A stretch of DNA of 64,000 bases from Cyanophora paradoxa CCMP329 (Eukaryota > Plantae > Glaucophyta): assembly GCA_004431415.1 (NCBI GenBank), contig QPMI01000496.1, positions 496,001 through 560,000 of the forward strand, given 5' to 3'. Positions 1 to 12,677 of the stretch are shown here, piece after piece. Below the pieces are notes generated by a model. That model did no database searches, was not told where the DNA came from, and worked only from the letters and a program-made list of their open reading frames with translations. The position numbers were made by a program, and so were the translations under genes. Within the stretch, counting starts at the first letter, position 1. Every line of letters starts with the position of its first letter.

Positions 1-405
1 GCCCTCGGGGGGGATCCGGGGGCGGCGGGGGAGGCGGCGAGGCTGGGGGCCACCCTCAAGAAGCAGCAGGAGGAGTCGCGGCGGGCGGCCGAGGCCACCG
101 GCAGGGCCGCCGCCCTCGTGCGTCGTACCCCCCCCCCTCTCTCTTCGAGCGCGCGAGTGACTGGCGATCAGGACAAGAAAGCGTCCCGAGCCGAGGCGAG
201 GGCGCGGGCCCTTGTGGCCGCTCTGGGGCCCGGAGCCCCGCAGCCGGGCGCCGGGCCCAGCGGCGCCCCCGCAGAGAGCGCCGCAGCAGCAGGCGCTTCG
301 GACGTGCTGAAGCTTCTGAAGGCGCACGAAGACCTGGAGCGGGCGTTCTCGGCCCTGGCGACGCTGTACAAGATTGACGTGCCCCGCCTGGGCCCCCCGC
401 AGTAG
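1..405 (+). CDS. 3' end of a hypothetical protein gene (partial)
   Basis: Protein-like terminal exon ...DVLKLLKAHEDLERAFSALATLYKIDVPRLGPPQ* ending TAG at 403-405; the 5' end appears to lie outside the window. Confidence 0.45.
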   Translation, partial: ALGGDPGAAGEAARLGATLKKQQEESRRAAEATGRAAALVRRTPPPLSSSARVTGDQDKKASRAEARARALVAALGPGAPQPGAGPSGAPAESAAAAGASDVLKLLKAHEDLERAFSALATLYKIDVPRLGPPQ

Positions 406-465
406 ATTGAGCAATTCGAAGCATAGCTGATTCCAATAATTACACGAGGGACGTTCGAATTCGAG

Positions 466-3089
466 CTACGTGCGCCCCAGGGCCCGCGGGGGCCCGGCGA
501 CGGTTGGCGGCGCTGCGGGGAAAGCGGCGGCGGCGGCGATGGCCCGGGGCACGGAGCTGGGCCTCTTGGCCCTGGGGCTCGGGGTACTGAAGGACGCGGA
601 GCCGGAGAGGGCGGAGACGGCCGCCGTGGGCGCCGGCGCCGGCGCCGGCGCGAGGGCGGCCGAATTCGAAGCCACAGCGGCCGCCCTCGCCGCGAGCGCC
701 GCGGCCGCCTCTGCCAGGGACCGCGCTCCGTAGCGGCCCCGCTCCGTTCCAGCGGGGGGCGCCGGGGCCGGGGCCGGGGCCGCCCGCGCCTCCTTCGCGC
801 CCTCCTTCTCCGCCTTCTCCGCCCCAGGATCGCAGGTGGCCGCTGCTTGGGGCGCATCCTGCGCAGAAAGAAGCGCCTCAGGGGTGGGAAGGGGGGTGGA
901 GGAGGAGGAGCTGCGGCGAAAGGAAGCGTACCCCCTTCTGCAGCTTGACGGCCTTCAGCAGGCCGGCCAGGACCTTGGCCCGCTCCGCGGACTCCGATCC
1001 CAGCAGCTTCTGCGGGAGAGACGTGAGAAAGGAGTACGCGAAAACTCAAGCCGGGCGGGGGGGGGGGGGTACGCGAACCTTGGAGGCAAGGATCTTGAGG
1101 ACGCGCGTCGTCTCCCGCTCGCCCTCCAGCGCCGCAGCCAGCCCCTCCACCGCCTCCTGTACCCCCCTCGAACGTCAAACCGCGTACCCCTGCTGAGCAA
1201 TGCAAGGGCGAACGGTGAGGGCCGTGTGTCTTGCCGAAGACTCGGCGCGCAGTGCGGAAAGAGAGGCCTGCAGCGGAAGGGGAGCGAGTGAGATTTGGGG
1301 GGTACGAGAGGCAAGGGGGGGAATCAAAAAAGGAGGGGGTACCTGAAGGGTGTCAACGCGGTCGTGGGCCATCGCTGTACCCCGCGCGTTCTCCCGGAGT
1401 TCGCGGATCCCCCGCTGCGCCTCGCTCTGGGAAAGGGGCACGCGTGTGAGTGAGGGGGGGCGGAAGAGGGACGGCGGTCGAGAGAGGGGCGCGCGGACCG
1501 CCAAAGACGCGGCCCTTGCCACGCCCGCGTCAAGCTCTTCCCTGTACCCCGCCACGGCCTCCCGCAGCCGGTCGCAGCGGCCCGACAGGCCCTCGATCTG
1601 TGGAGAGGAGGGCCGTGCTCAGCGAGGCGCTCGGGAACGCCCCCCCTCCCCTCGCCGCCGCACCAGGGCTTCGAGCCTTCGCACTTCCGAATCCACCACC
1701 CCCTCCCTCGACTCGAGCTCCGCCCGCGCCGCCCGCCGCGCCGCGTCGCGCGCCCACCCCTCCGCGTACTCCTGCGATGGAAGGGACGTTCGACCGGGTA
1801 CAGCGATTCGCGAGGGAGGGGGGTACGCGAACCTTGAGGGCGTCGCAGTGCTCGCGGACCTGCCGCTCCAGCACGGCGCACGCCTCTTTCAGCGCCTCCT
1901 CGTGCGCCTCTGCCGCGCCGGCGTCAGCGTCCGGTTCGAGAACGGCGTACCCCAGGCAGCGCGGGGACAGCGTACCCCTCTCCCGCGCGGACTGCGCGAG
2001 GCGCCGCTCGAGGCCGCAGGCGGCCGCGGCCGTCCTCTGGACGTCCGCCGCCAGCGACGCCACCTGAACCCAATCGCTCGGCGGGCGCGCGGGGCGCGCG
2101 GGGCGCGGGGGGTACAGCGCGGGGCACCTCCTCCGCGATGCGCTCGTCCCGCTCGGCGGAGCGCGCCGCCTCCTCGCCCAGCTTCCCCTCGACCCGCGCC
2201 GCCTCCGCCCGCGCGTCCGCCAGCGCCGCCCGCAGCTGCCGCGGCGCGACCGATGCTTAGCCGCGGATCAAATGGCCCGGCGCCCCGGAAGGGCCGGGCC
2301 GGGTGGGCGGGCACCTGCGCGGCGACAAGCTCCGCAAGCTCTCCTCTGAGCCGATCCTCGCCCACCCGCGCCGCGCGCTCGCTGGCGGCCGCGGCTGCCG
2401 CCATCATGCGCTCCTCGAGCGCGTCCTCGTCGATCGGCGGCGGCGGCGGCGGCTGCGCGTGCGGCGGCGGCTGCGGCGGCTCGAGCCGCCGCTGCGCCGC
2501 CTCCTCCAGGCCCGCGACGCGCCTCTCCAGGCCCCGCGCCAGCTGCGTCACCGCGTTCGCGTTCGTGTGCAGCCTGCGCGGGGGCCGCGGCGGTCGGTTG
2601 CCGGGTCGGCCGCGGAGACAGAGTGCGGCGCGGGGCGCGGGGCGCGGGGCGCGCCTCCTGTCGAGCTCGGCGACCGCTTGCTTGGCCTCCGCATCGACGC
2701 GGCGCAGCTCGCCGCCCAGCCGGGCCTCGACCGAGCCGCAGCACTCGCCCAGCCGCTCCTCTATCGCCGCGCACCTGCGACGCGCGGCCGCGGGGCAAAA
2801 GCTAAGCTAAGGCTGCCGCGACCGCAGCGACGGCTTCTCACCTCGCAGACATCGTCGACATGACGCTGACGAGCTGCGCGGCGAGGCCGCGAAGGTCCGC
2901 CCTGAGCTCGACCACCGCGTTCCACCCGAGAACGTCGATCGAGAGCTGCTCGTTCTGGTTGCTCATCGCGCTGAGCGTCGCCGCCGTTTCGACGGCTCGC
3001 GGCAGCGCCGAGTGCGCATGCAGATCTAGCGGCGGCGTGTGGACCGCGGCCAGCTCGGACTGGTACGCCCGCGGCGGGCTGGGCTCCAT
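466..3089 (-). CDS. Multi-exon hypothetical coiled-coil protein
   Basis: ATG at 3089 ([17 protein letters not shown]...); heptad-like exons ([46 protein letters not shown]) separated by short introns. Stop position approximate. Confidence 0.55.
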
Positions 3090-3253
3090 ATCGATCCTTC
3101 CCGCTTGTCTTGCCGCGCGCAGGCCCGCGAGTAGCTGCTGGAAACGACTTCCCGCCAAGCCGCGGCAGCCGGGTACCGCAGGTTTGGCTGCTGAACTTGA
3201 ACCCCAGCGCCGGCCGGATAGCTGCAAGCAGACGGGGCTCGGAGGCGGCGCGG

Positions 3254-3942
3254 ATGGCACAGACCAGGACTCCCTATCTGCAGAACATACGGCAGGCCCT
3301 CAACACGGCGCTCTGTCTCCGCAACTTCCCGAGCCAGTTGGTCGAGCGCCACAACGTGCCGGAGGTCGAAACGATGTGAGCCGCGCCTCGCTCGCCCGCC
3401 GGAGTGTCCGGACCGCCCGTCGGCGCTGCTGAGCCGCGCACGGCGCAGAGGGACGGAGCTGTACAGCCCGGAGCTGCACCTGCCGCCCATTAGCATAGCC
3501 CGAAATGAGAACGAGAAGACGCTCATCGAGCCGTCGATAAACAGCGTGCGGATGAGCGTCAAGGTCAAGCAGGCGGACGAGATAGAGCAGATCCTCACGC
3601 GCAACTTCATGCGCTTCCTGATGCAGCGCGCGGAGGATTTCAGCATCTTGCGGAGAAAAGCGCTCCCGGTGAGCAGCTAACGACTTCCGCCTGCGTCCCG
3701 TCCCGCCTCGCCCCGCCCCGCAGCTCGAGCGCGTCTCACCGGCCGCGCCGCGCTCCGCGCAGGGCTACGACATCAGCTTCCTCATCACGCACACGCACAT
3801 GGAGGAGATGAACAAGCAGAAGCTCATCGACTTCATAATCGAGTTCATGCAGGAGATCGACCGCGAGATCAGCGAGATGAAGATCGACGTCAACGCCCGC
3901 GCCCGCACGATAGCCACCGAGTTCCTCAAGCAGTTCACCTGA
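3254..3942 (+). CDS. ARPC4: Arp2/3 complex subunit 4 (p20-Arc), 3 exons
   Basis: Spliced translation [39 protein letters not shown]...[23 protein letters not shown]...[10 protein letters not shown]...[16 protein letters not shown] closely matches the ARPC4 family; two GT-AG introns. Confidence 0.97.
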
Positions 3943-4234
3943 GGCTCGCTGGAAGATCTCTCGTCCAGCTTTGCTGTACAGGTCCTTAGGAGGCTAGCGT
4001 AGCTCTAGCGCGTAGGAATGCAGAGGGGCGCGTTTGAATTTCATCCCGATGGCTCGCGCTCCCAGGATGGACACACGAGCAAGGCCCAGGGCGGGGCCCG
4101 CTGCATTAAAGACCGCTATATATCTCTACCTTAGACAGACGGACGCTAAGCCTGATTCTTTCCTACGAGGTCTTGAAGGCGCCCGGCCAGCTTCAGCCGG
4201 GGCGGCGGGGCCGGGCCGGGGCCTGCGCGCCCGG

Positions 4235-4353
4235 CTAGGCGTCGTGGAGGGCGGCGTGGGCGGTGATGCCCAGCAGCCCGAGCAGCTCCTCCACGTTCAG
4301 GGCGGGGCGCCCGGCCCCGCCCACTCCGCCCCCTCCGACGCCGGCGCCGGCCG

Positions 4354-4385
<32 letters not shown>

Positions 4386-5684
4386 CGGCGGCCTCCAGGC
4401 GCCCCAGGCCGGCATCGGCCCTCTCGTAGCGCTTCTCCAGCGCCGCGCCGTACGCCCCCAGCAGCCCGCAGCGCAGCAGCGCACCCTCGCACGCCGACAG
4501 CACCTGTTCGGTTCGACCGGAATTCGATCCCGTGCGGATTCGAAATTTGATACGGGCGGCGGGGCACGGGGCGCGCACCGATCCAAGGGCGACGGCCTCC
4601 CGAATGCTGGCGGTGGTCCCGATGACGGCCGCGGCGCCCAGGGCCACCTGCGCGATCAAATAGTGAGATCAAATCCGCGCGAAGTTTCGGATTCGAGGGG
4701 AGGGCGACCTTGGCGCCGACGGGGGCGGCGACGACGCTGGCGACCCCCGCGGCGGCCGTCGCGACGGCGGCGACGGACGTCCCGGCGACGAGCGCCCGCG
4801 CCCGCGCGCGCTCCCCGCGGATCGACTCCGCGAGCTTCTCGAGCATGGCCCGGGCCGCGTCGAGCTGGTCCCGCGCCCGAGCCAGCAGCAGCCGCGTGGA
4901 CGCGGCGAAGGCCGGGATGCGCTCCTCGTACCCCCCCGACCCCGAGAACTGCGATAGAAACGCCGCCATGTCGGCGTCGGCGCGGTCCAGCGCCTCGCTG
5001 GCCCCGTCCAGCGCGTTCTCGACGCGCAGGAAGTCCGCCGCGCGGTGCCCCGCCGCCATCCTCCGGTACTCCGCCGCCGCCGCCTCGTACCCGTCCAGCT
5101 CGGCCCGGGAGAAGGCCTTGCCCAGCAGCTGGCTCGCGAGCAGAAGGAAGCCCGGGCGCACGGAGCCCTGCGAGGCGTCAGAGGGCGCGGGCGGGCGGGC
5201 GGGCGGGCGGGAGACGGGGCTCCCGAGGGCCGGCTCGCATGCAAGGACTCGGCGGTGGCCTTGAAAGCCGGCTCGAGGTCCGGCGAGTCCACCGGCGACA
5301 GCTGCTGCGAGAGCCGGATGACCGATGCCGCCCCTGCGCATGCGCGCGGCGCCGGCTCAGCCACGGCGGCGGTTTGAGCCGGGCGGTACGGCGCACATCG
5401 GATGATCATGCCTGCGTCCAATCCGGGGCAAACGCCGGAGAGCAGCCGCTCGATCAGCTGGCCTCCCACGAGGGAGGCGAGCTCGACCAGAGCGGGAAGA
5501 ACGACCGTCGCGCGGCACTGCCTCTTCGACGACGGCTGTTCCGAGCTCCTGAAGATGCCCGCGAGGTCGTCAAAGACCCTGGCCGTGCGGCCCACCGCCT
5601 CGCCGGCCAGCTCGCCCGCCGCCGACAGGACCGACCGAGCCGAAGCCGGCCTGGGCGGCGCCGACCCTGGGCCGAGGTCTGCAT
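4235..5684 (-). CDS. Hypothetical helical protein with a hydrophobic Ala/Val/Gly hairpin, multi-exon
   Basis: Exons such as YEAAAAEYRRMAAGHRAADFLRVENALDGASEALDRADADM and LVAGTSVAAVATAAAGVASVVAAPVGAK/VALGAAAVIGTT. Start and stop uncertain. Confidence 0.45.
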
Positions 5685-5932
5685 GGCGACAACAGGCTTA
5701 GCTAAACTCGAATACGACAACAGGCTTAGCTTAACGGGGGGGCCCGCCAGCGCTTCACACGGATCCGAACCTTGCAGGAGCTCCACGGGGACGCGCGGGG
5801 CGGAGCCAACGGATCCAGCGCTGCTAGGCCGCGAGCGTGCCGCAGCAGTCGACGCGCTGGAGCCCATCCGAAGAAGACGTGGGTCTCGGGCGGGTACAGG
5901 GAGTGTTGCAACTTGGCCCGTGTGACGAAAGC

Positions 5933-8900
5933 ATGCGGCCCAGGCAGGCCGGGGCGACCCGCGCCTTGCCAGTGGCGGTTTCCCTGTTGCTGCTGGCTTT
6001 CCTGGGCTTCAGCACTGCTCGCGGCGAGGAGGAGCACCTTGGACAAACAACCAGCTCTCGTACAGCGGGTCCGCGCGCGGCCCCGCCAATTCTCAGATCA
6101 CGCGCACACGTTAACGCTGATCGTGTGACCGCACAGGAGAGCGCCTGCCACCTCTCGGCGAAGCATACGCTGGCGCCCGCACCTGTGGATCGTCGTCGGA
6201 AGCCGGGGGGCTGGCGGGAGCTGCAGGCGACCCTAACTGCGAAGCACAAGCGCCAGAGGATCCTCGTGCGGCATCGGAGGTCTCCGATGGCGCGAAAGGA
6301 TCGCTTCCCGAAGCGCAGCAGAACAGCGCCGCTTCCGATCAGGAGAGCTTGAAGGCCGGTGGCGGCGAGACCGAGGTCGCAGACGATGCGGATACCGAGG
6401 AAGAGCTCCCAGAGCAGGTCAGCGCGGCGGAGGGAGCCCTTGGCACGTGGAGTTCGAAGCAGGAGCAATGTCCCATGCAAGCGGCGGCCAGAGCGGCGCG
6501 CAACGAGTCGGCGGAGCGTGCGGCAACGGAAGAGAATCCTCCCGTAGGCTGCGAGCAGCCCTCGGAGGACGAGCTTGACGCGGAGGACGAGGAGGAAGGT
6601 CCGGCCGCCCGCGCGTGCCGCTCTCGATGGCCCCGCGCCGACGCCGCGCGCCCGATCGAAACGCAGGCTTCGTGGGACCCATGGAAAGCCCCGTGTCCAG
6701 CGGTGCGCGGCCCCGATCGCGCCTCCGCCCGCGCCGCTCGGCCGCTCACGCCGCGCCGCCGCCGCGAGCAGCCTCGCCGTCCCTCGAGCCGCAGAGCAAC
6801 GCGCCCCTGGCGCCGCCCACGGCCCCGCCGCCCGCTTCCCCGCAGGGCGAGACCAGCGCGCCGAGCCCGGAGCCCGCGCCGGCGCCCGTGGCCTCCTCCC
6901 GGGCCGGGGGCGAGGAGCAGACGCCGGGACCCGACGAGGCGAGCCCCTCGCCCCCGGCGGACGCGAACGCCGCTTCTCCGCCTCCGGTACCCCCCGCGGA
7001 ATCCAACGGCACGGCCGCGGCTCCGCCCGAGGCCGGGGCCGAGGCGTCCGCCAGCCCGTCCCCGGCCGATGCCGTACCCCCCGCCGTGGAGACCCTTCCC
7101 CCCATCGATCTGGACCTCTCGGGCCTCGAACCCGGCCCCAGCGCGGGCGCCCGGCCGCCGACTCCGCCCCAGAAGCGTGCGCGGCGCTGCAACCCTCCCC
7201 GTTCTCTTCCCCCGTCTGAGTCGCTCTCTCCTTGCCGCAGGCATCCTGCCCCTGGAGCAGTTCAGGGAGGAGGTCATGCAGAAGGCGCAGCAGCACCAGC
7301 AGGCCGCGCAGGCCCACGCTCAGGCCCAGGCCCAGGCCCAAGCCCAGGCGGCGGCCGCGCAGGCCCAGGGGTCGCAGCCGCAGGTGCAGGCGTCCGCCGC
7401 CGCTGCCGCCACCGCCTCCGCCTCGCCGGACGCCCCCGCCGCCTCCGGCTCGCCGCCCTCCTCCGCCCCCTCCGCCCCGCCTCCGCCGCCGCTTCCGCTG
7501 CGGCCGCCCCCGCCTCCGCCTCCGCCACCCCTCAGGAGAGCGCTGCCGCCGCCGCCTCCTCCTCCCCGTCCCAGTCCCCCTCCGAGCCGCCCGCCGTACC
7601 CCCCTCGCCCTCCGCCTTCTCCTCCTCCTCCGCGGCCGTCGACGCGGCGGCCGCCGCCGTGGCGGCCCTCACGCGCTCGACCCTCGGGCCCTCCGATCCC
7701 GTACCCGACGCGGCCTCCTCCCCCCCGTCCGAGCCTGCGTCCGCCCCGGCCCCGCCGCCCGCCGCCCCCGCGGTGGTATCCCCCCTCAGCGCCGAGGCGC
7801 CGTTCCCCGCCGAGCGATTCAACTACGCGTCCTTCGACTCGGGCGCGAAGGTACCGTACCTCGCGTCTTCTCGGAATCTTCCTCGCCCGGAATCGAACCC
7901 GCGACCCGCAGGTCCTCTCGGCGAACCCGGAGGCGCAGGGCTCCTCCGCTGTTCTCGTCGAGGACAAGGACAAGTGCGTACCCCCTCGCCTTCCAAGGAC
8001 CGTAACCCCCTCGCCCCTCACCTCTTCGTTCGCCAGGTACATGCTGACGCCCTGCGGGGCTCCCGAAAAGCAGCTCGTCGTCGAGCTCTCCGAGGAGATT
8101 CTGATCACGTGCGTACCCCTTCCTATTTCGGTACCCCCAGCGCCCTCTGAAGCCTCTTCTCAAACAGGACGCTCTCCCTAGCGAACTTCGAGTACTACTC
8201 GTCTTCTTTTAAGGACTTCCAGCTCTTCGGCTCCAATACGTGCGCCTCTTGTTTGGCAGTCTCTTTCTCTTGGGGCGAGGTCGGCTCACTTTCGCTTCAG
8301 GTACCCCGTGCGGCAGTGGGCACACCTGGGGGACTTTCGCGCGCAATCTGCCAGGGGGGTACAGCGCTTCCTGGTCCCCCACCGCGCCTGGGTCCGGTGC
8401 GCTCGCATCGCGTCTTTCTTACCTCTCCCTTCCTTGAGGTTCCTCTCAGGTACCTTCGCATCCGGTTCCTGTCGCACTACGGCCGCGAGTACTATTGCAC
8501 TCTGTCCCAGGCACCGCCTCTTTCCCGTTTCTTCCCGCCGGGATCCGAAACCTGAACCCCCGCAGATCAAGGTCCACGGGAACACCATGCTCGAGGACCT
8601 TAAGAGCGGTGGGTCGACTCCGCCGGGGCCCTTTCCTCTCTCACCTCCCCTCCTTTCCTTCCTTCCGCAGAGATCGAACGCTCTTCCGAGGAAGTGCACC
8701 GCGTAAACGCCGCGATCGCGAAGACGGCGGCGCCGGCGCCGCCGCCCCCGCCGACGCCGCCCGTCGCGGCGCCCCTGCCGACCCTGGCGCCGGCCCCCGC
8801 GCCCGAGGAGCCGCCCGCGCCAACGCCCACGCCGGCGGCGGTCTTCAGCAGCGGATCGTTCTTCGAGCTGCGCTCCTTCATGCAGGGCTTCGGCCGCCTC

Positions 8901-11443
8901 CTCCGCTCCGTGCGCCCCTTTCTTTTCCTTCCTTTTGTTCCTTCCTTCCTTTCTTTGTTTTGTTCTTACGGTTCTTGCAGCCGCCGAGCCAGCAGGCGGC
9001 CGCGCCCTCGGCCACCGCTTCTCCAGCCGCGCCCTCGGCCGCCGCTTCTCCGGCCGAGGCCCCGCCCGCCGCCCCGGCCTCTTCCTCCCCGGCTGCCCCT
9101 GCCTCGTCGGCCCCGCCAGCCACCCCCGCCGCCCCCTCCTCCGCGCCTGTACCCTCCTCTTCGACCTCTTCCGCCGGGCCCAGCTCCTCTCCGGTCCCGT
9201 CCGCCCCCTCGAGCACCCCGTCTCCCCCGCCCGCTGCCTCCTCCGCCGGAGCCTTGCCGGCCGTCGAGACCCCCCCGCCGACCGCCGCCAACCCGCCCCC
9301 GCCGCCGTCCCCGGCTGCCGCCTCCGCCTCGCCTCCCCCGCCGCCGCCGCCACCGCCGCGCCGGCGGCCAGGCACGAGCCGCCTTCGCCGTCCCCGGGGC
9401 GCCCTCCGAGCCGCAGGGCGCCGTACCCCCTTCCGGCGGCCCCTCCGCCTCCCCGAACCCACGGGCAGCCCGTCCCCGCCCCCGCGGCCGAGTCGGCCGG
9501 GGGCAACGCCAGCAGCCCCGCCCCGTCTCCCCAGCCGCCCCGCCCCTCGCCGCCGCCTCCCCGCCCCCCGCCGCCCCCGCCGCGCCCGCCTCCGCCGCGG
9601 GCAGGGACCCCGTCTTCGGGGCTACCCCTCGGGCCCGTCCCTCTTCGGCCCGGCCTCCGCCGGCGCGGCCGCCAGCCCCGCCCCTGCGGCGAACGGCGGC
9701 GGCGCCCCGGCGCCCGCCGCGGCCGCCGCCCCGGCACCTCCTCCCCCTCTCCCAACGCAGGCCTCGTACCCCTCGCCCTCCTCCGAATCCATCTTCCGCA
9801 CCCTGACGAACAAGAGTGCGCAAATCGATCGCGCAACGCGACGAGACGCGTTGCGTTGCGCTGCGCTGCGATAAATCTGACGCCTCGCCCGCCCGCCCGC
9901 CCCCCCCCCCCCCCGGCCGCGCAGTCAAGTCGCTGGAGATCAACCAGAGCATCATCACGTCGTACCTCTCCGAGCTCAACGCCCGCTGGATGGACGTCTT
10001 CTCCGACCTCCAGGTTCGACTCCCGCCGGGTCCCTTTCTCCTGGGCCCCGGGCTCAACTCACCCCCCTACTTCCCCTTTGCAGAGCGAGCTGGAGCGGCT
10101 GCAGTCGATCCAGGCGGCGAACCACCAGCTCGTCGTCAACTCCTCCCGCCTCCTCGCCGCCGCCCGCCAGCAGGTCCGCAGTCCAGCACATCGCCGGCCC
10201 AGGCCGGGTCGCTTAGATCGAGAAGATTGGACGCCATCCCCTCACGAGTTCTGCTGACTCTTCCTCCACCGCAGTACGCGGGGACGGACGCGGGGCTGGC
10301 GCGGCTGCGTGCGGACATCGAGCGCCTCGCCGCCGACCTCCGCTCCGAGCTCGCCCGCTCCGCCGGCGCCGCCCAGGTCCGAACTTATTCTTCTTCTTCA
10401 GACCGAAGCCCGAACGCCTAAGAGCGAAGAGCCTAAACTGTTCGTCGTCTGACCCGCCCGTCCCTGCGCGCCCGCAGATGCAGTGGGCGCGGTACCAGCG
10501 CTACGACCGGTGGGTGGAGCACGGGGCGGCCCTCTGCGCCTCGGTGCTCATCTCCCTGGCCCTCGCGCGGCGCGCCGGCGGCGGCCGCGGGGCCGAGCGG
10601 CGGCGCCGCGGGTCCGAGAGCGCCAGCGACTCGGCGTCGGATCGCGGCGGCGCGGCGGCGGCGGCGAAGCGGCGGCGCGTCAAGGCGCGGCGCGGCTCCG
10701 GCTCGGGGAGCCGTGCCGGCTCGCGCCCCACTTCGTTCGCCCACAGCGTGCACTGGGACTGGGGCGCCGCCCAGGGAGACTCGCCGGCCTCGCTCGGGCC
10801 GTCGCCCCAGTGGGGCGACGACCCGTTCGAGTTGTTCGACCCGGAGGCCGCCGCCGCCTCCGCCGCGGGGCGGCCGCCGGCGTCGGTCTTCCAGCGGCGC
10901 AACTCGGGCGGCTCGTCCCCCCCGAACATCCCCCCCCTGGTCTCCCAGCGCCTGCTGCAGGCGGCGGCCGAGGAGGGGAAGCAGTGGCAGCAGCAGCAGC
11001 AGCCGCCGCGGGCGCGGCGGAGCTCGGGGCGGCGTCAGCCCTCGTTCGTGAAGGTCCTCGAGACGGCGCAGGAGGGCGCCGAGGCGGAGGAGGGCGCGCC
11101 GAACTCGGGACCGTCCTCCCCCGCGGCGCCGGCGCCGCCGGCCCCCGCGCGGGGCCTCCAGCACTCGCAGTCGGCGGCGCCCCTCACCCGGCGGACCGCC
11201 GCGAGCGCCTCGCCCGTGGCCCCTCCGCAACGGGCGCCGAGCCCGGGCACGTCTTACTCGGCCCCCAGCGGCGCGCCGGGCGGCGCCGGTGCGGCGGCGG
11301 GAGCCAAGGCGGGGCGGAGGCAGTCGACGATGCAACCGCGGGGGTCCGCGCCGGCGGCGCAGCTCCCCCGCTCCCGGACCTTCGAGAGCCTCGATTCGTC
11401 GGGGGGCGCCGGCCCGCCCCAGCAGCGATACAGCGCGACGTAA
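5933..11443 (+). CDS. Mid-SUN (Sad1/UNC-like) domain protein, SLP1/SUCO-like ER membrane protein
   Basis: Signal peptide (MRPRQAGATRALPVAVSLLLLAFLGFSTARG); spliced SUN domain RFNYASFDSGAKVLSANPEAQG...DKDKYMLTPC...VVELSEEILI...ANFEYYSSSFKDF...[26 protein letters not shown] at about 7815-8600; coiled coil ESIFRTLTNKIKSLEINQS; hydrophobic segment near 10520-10565; low-complexity linkers. Confidence 0.9.
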
Positions 11444-11555
11444 GCTCCAGGCAGGCAGGCAGGCAGGCAGGCAGGCAAAAGTGGTATTTCAGATATTATG
11501 AAGCAAGATCCGCGACGCCGGGGAGGGCGGGCGCGCGGGGCGACTAGGGAACAAG

Positions 11556-12515
11556 CTAGGCAAGGGCAATCTCGATCTTGTGGTCCTTGAGGCCCTCGCT
11601 GTTCTTCGGGAGGCAGACCTGCGTGCGCGCCGGGCGCGGGCGTCAGCGCTCGCGCGCCGGGGCGGGGCGGGCGGGCGCGTGGGCGCCCACCGTGATCCCG
11701 TCCAGCTCGGGCGTCAGCTTGATCTGGCAGCCGAGGCGCGAGCTGCGGCGCAGGCGCGCGTGAGCGGCAGGCGCGGAGCGGCGGGGCGGGGCGGGGCGAG
11801 GTTCGCACAAGGGGGTCGCGTCGACCTGCGGCCAGGAGAGCAGGTCCTCCTCGACCCAGTTCGGCTTCGTGAGCTTGGTGAAGAACTCGCGCGCGACGAT
11901 CACGTGGCACTCGGTGCACGCCGGGCCCTCGCCGTAGAACTCCGGGTCGCCGCCGTTGCCCTCGCAGCTGTTGACTGCGGCCGGCGGCGCGGGCGCGTAA
12001 GGCGCGGGCCTCGGGCGGCGGGCGGATCGCCAGGGCAGGAGCGCCGCCGCACCCCACATGTGGATGTTGTTGTTCTTCGCCACCTCGAGGATGGACTGGC
12101 CGCGGTAGCCCTGCGAGCCGAGTGGGTGCACAGGCGGCGCGCCGGGCCGCTGGGCCCGCTGCCGGGCACCTTGCAATCCATGCGTTGGCCGGTGGGCGAC
12201 ACGAAGGTCACATTGACGCTGCGGCGGCGGCCGATGAGCGGGGCCAGCCCTGCCGAGGAAAAGGCAAGGGAGCGTCGCACATGTTCTCGGTGGCGCTGGG
12301 CACGCCAACATCCGCGGCAGTCACGCCACCGATCCTCCGAATCGCTGTGCGGCAGGCGGGCGTGGTGTCAGAGCTCGTGCGGGCAATCCGCCGACGAGAA
12401 GGGAAGATCGCGGCGAAACGAGGGCAATTGCTCCGAACAAAGCGCGGGTGGTCTCACCCTGGCGGCGCGCCGGTGCCAGCGCGGTCGAGATGCGAGAGCT
12501 GGCGAGCCGAAGCAT
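11556..12515 (-). CDS. Mitochondrial 2Fe-2S ferredoxin, adrenodoxin-like with extended Cys loop (possibly complex I-associated NDUFX/C1-FDX type)
   Basis: Arg/Ser/Ala-rich presequence MLRLASSRIST; VNVTFVSPTGQ, GQSILEVAK, CEGNGGDPEFYGEGPACTECHV, SRLGCQIKLTPELDGITV; stop at 11556-11558. Confidence 0.85.
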
Positions 12516-12677
12516 GATTCACCGCCGCCTGTTGAACTCCAAGCTATTCGAACTGCCCTCCGCACGAAGGACTGCCCAGAACTCGGCTGGCGGGCCGAAC
12601 TGCGTTGAGCGAGGGGGGATACCGGGCGCGCGTGCGAGTGTACCCCATTCGTTTTGCGACACTTCGCGGCAGCAGCG

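Noticed and set aside
11447-11477. (GCAG)n microsatellite between convergent genes
   Set aside because: Ordinary short tandem repeat in a 3' region.
168-11547. Many long Arg/Pro/Gly/Ala-rich ORFs (up to 610 aa) on both strands
   Set aside because: Expected from stop-codon scarcity at very high GC; they overlap spliced genes in other frames or strands and lack family motifs.
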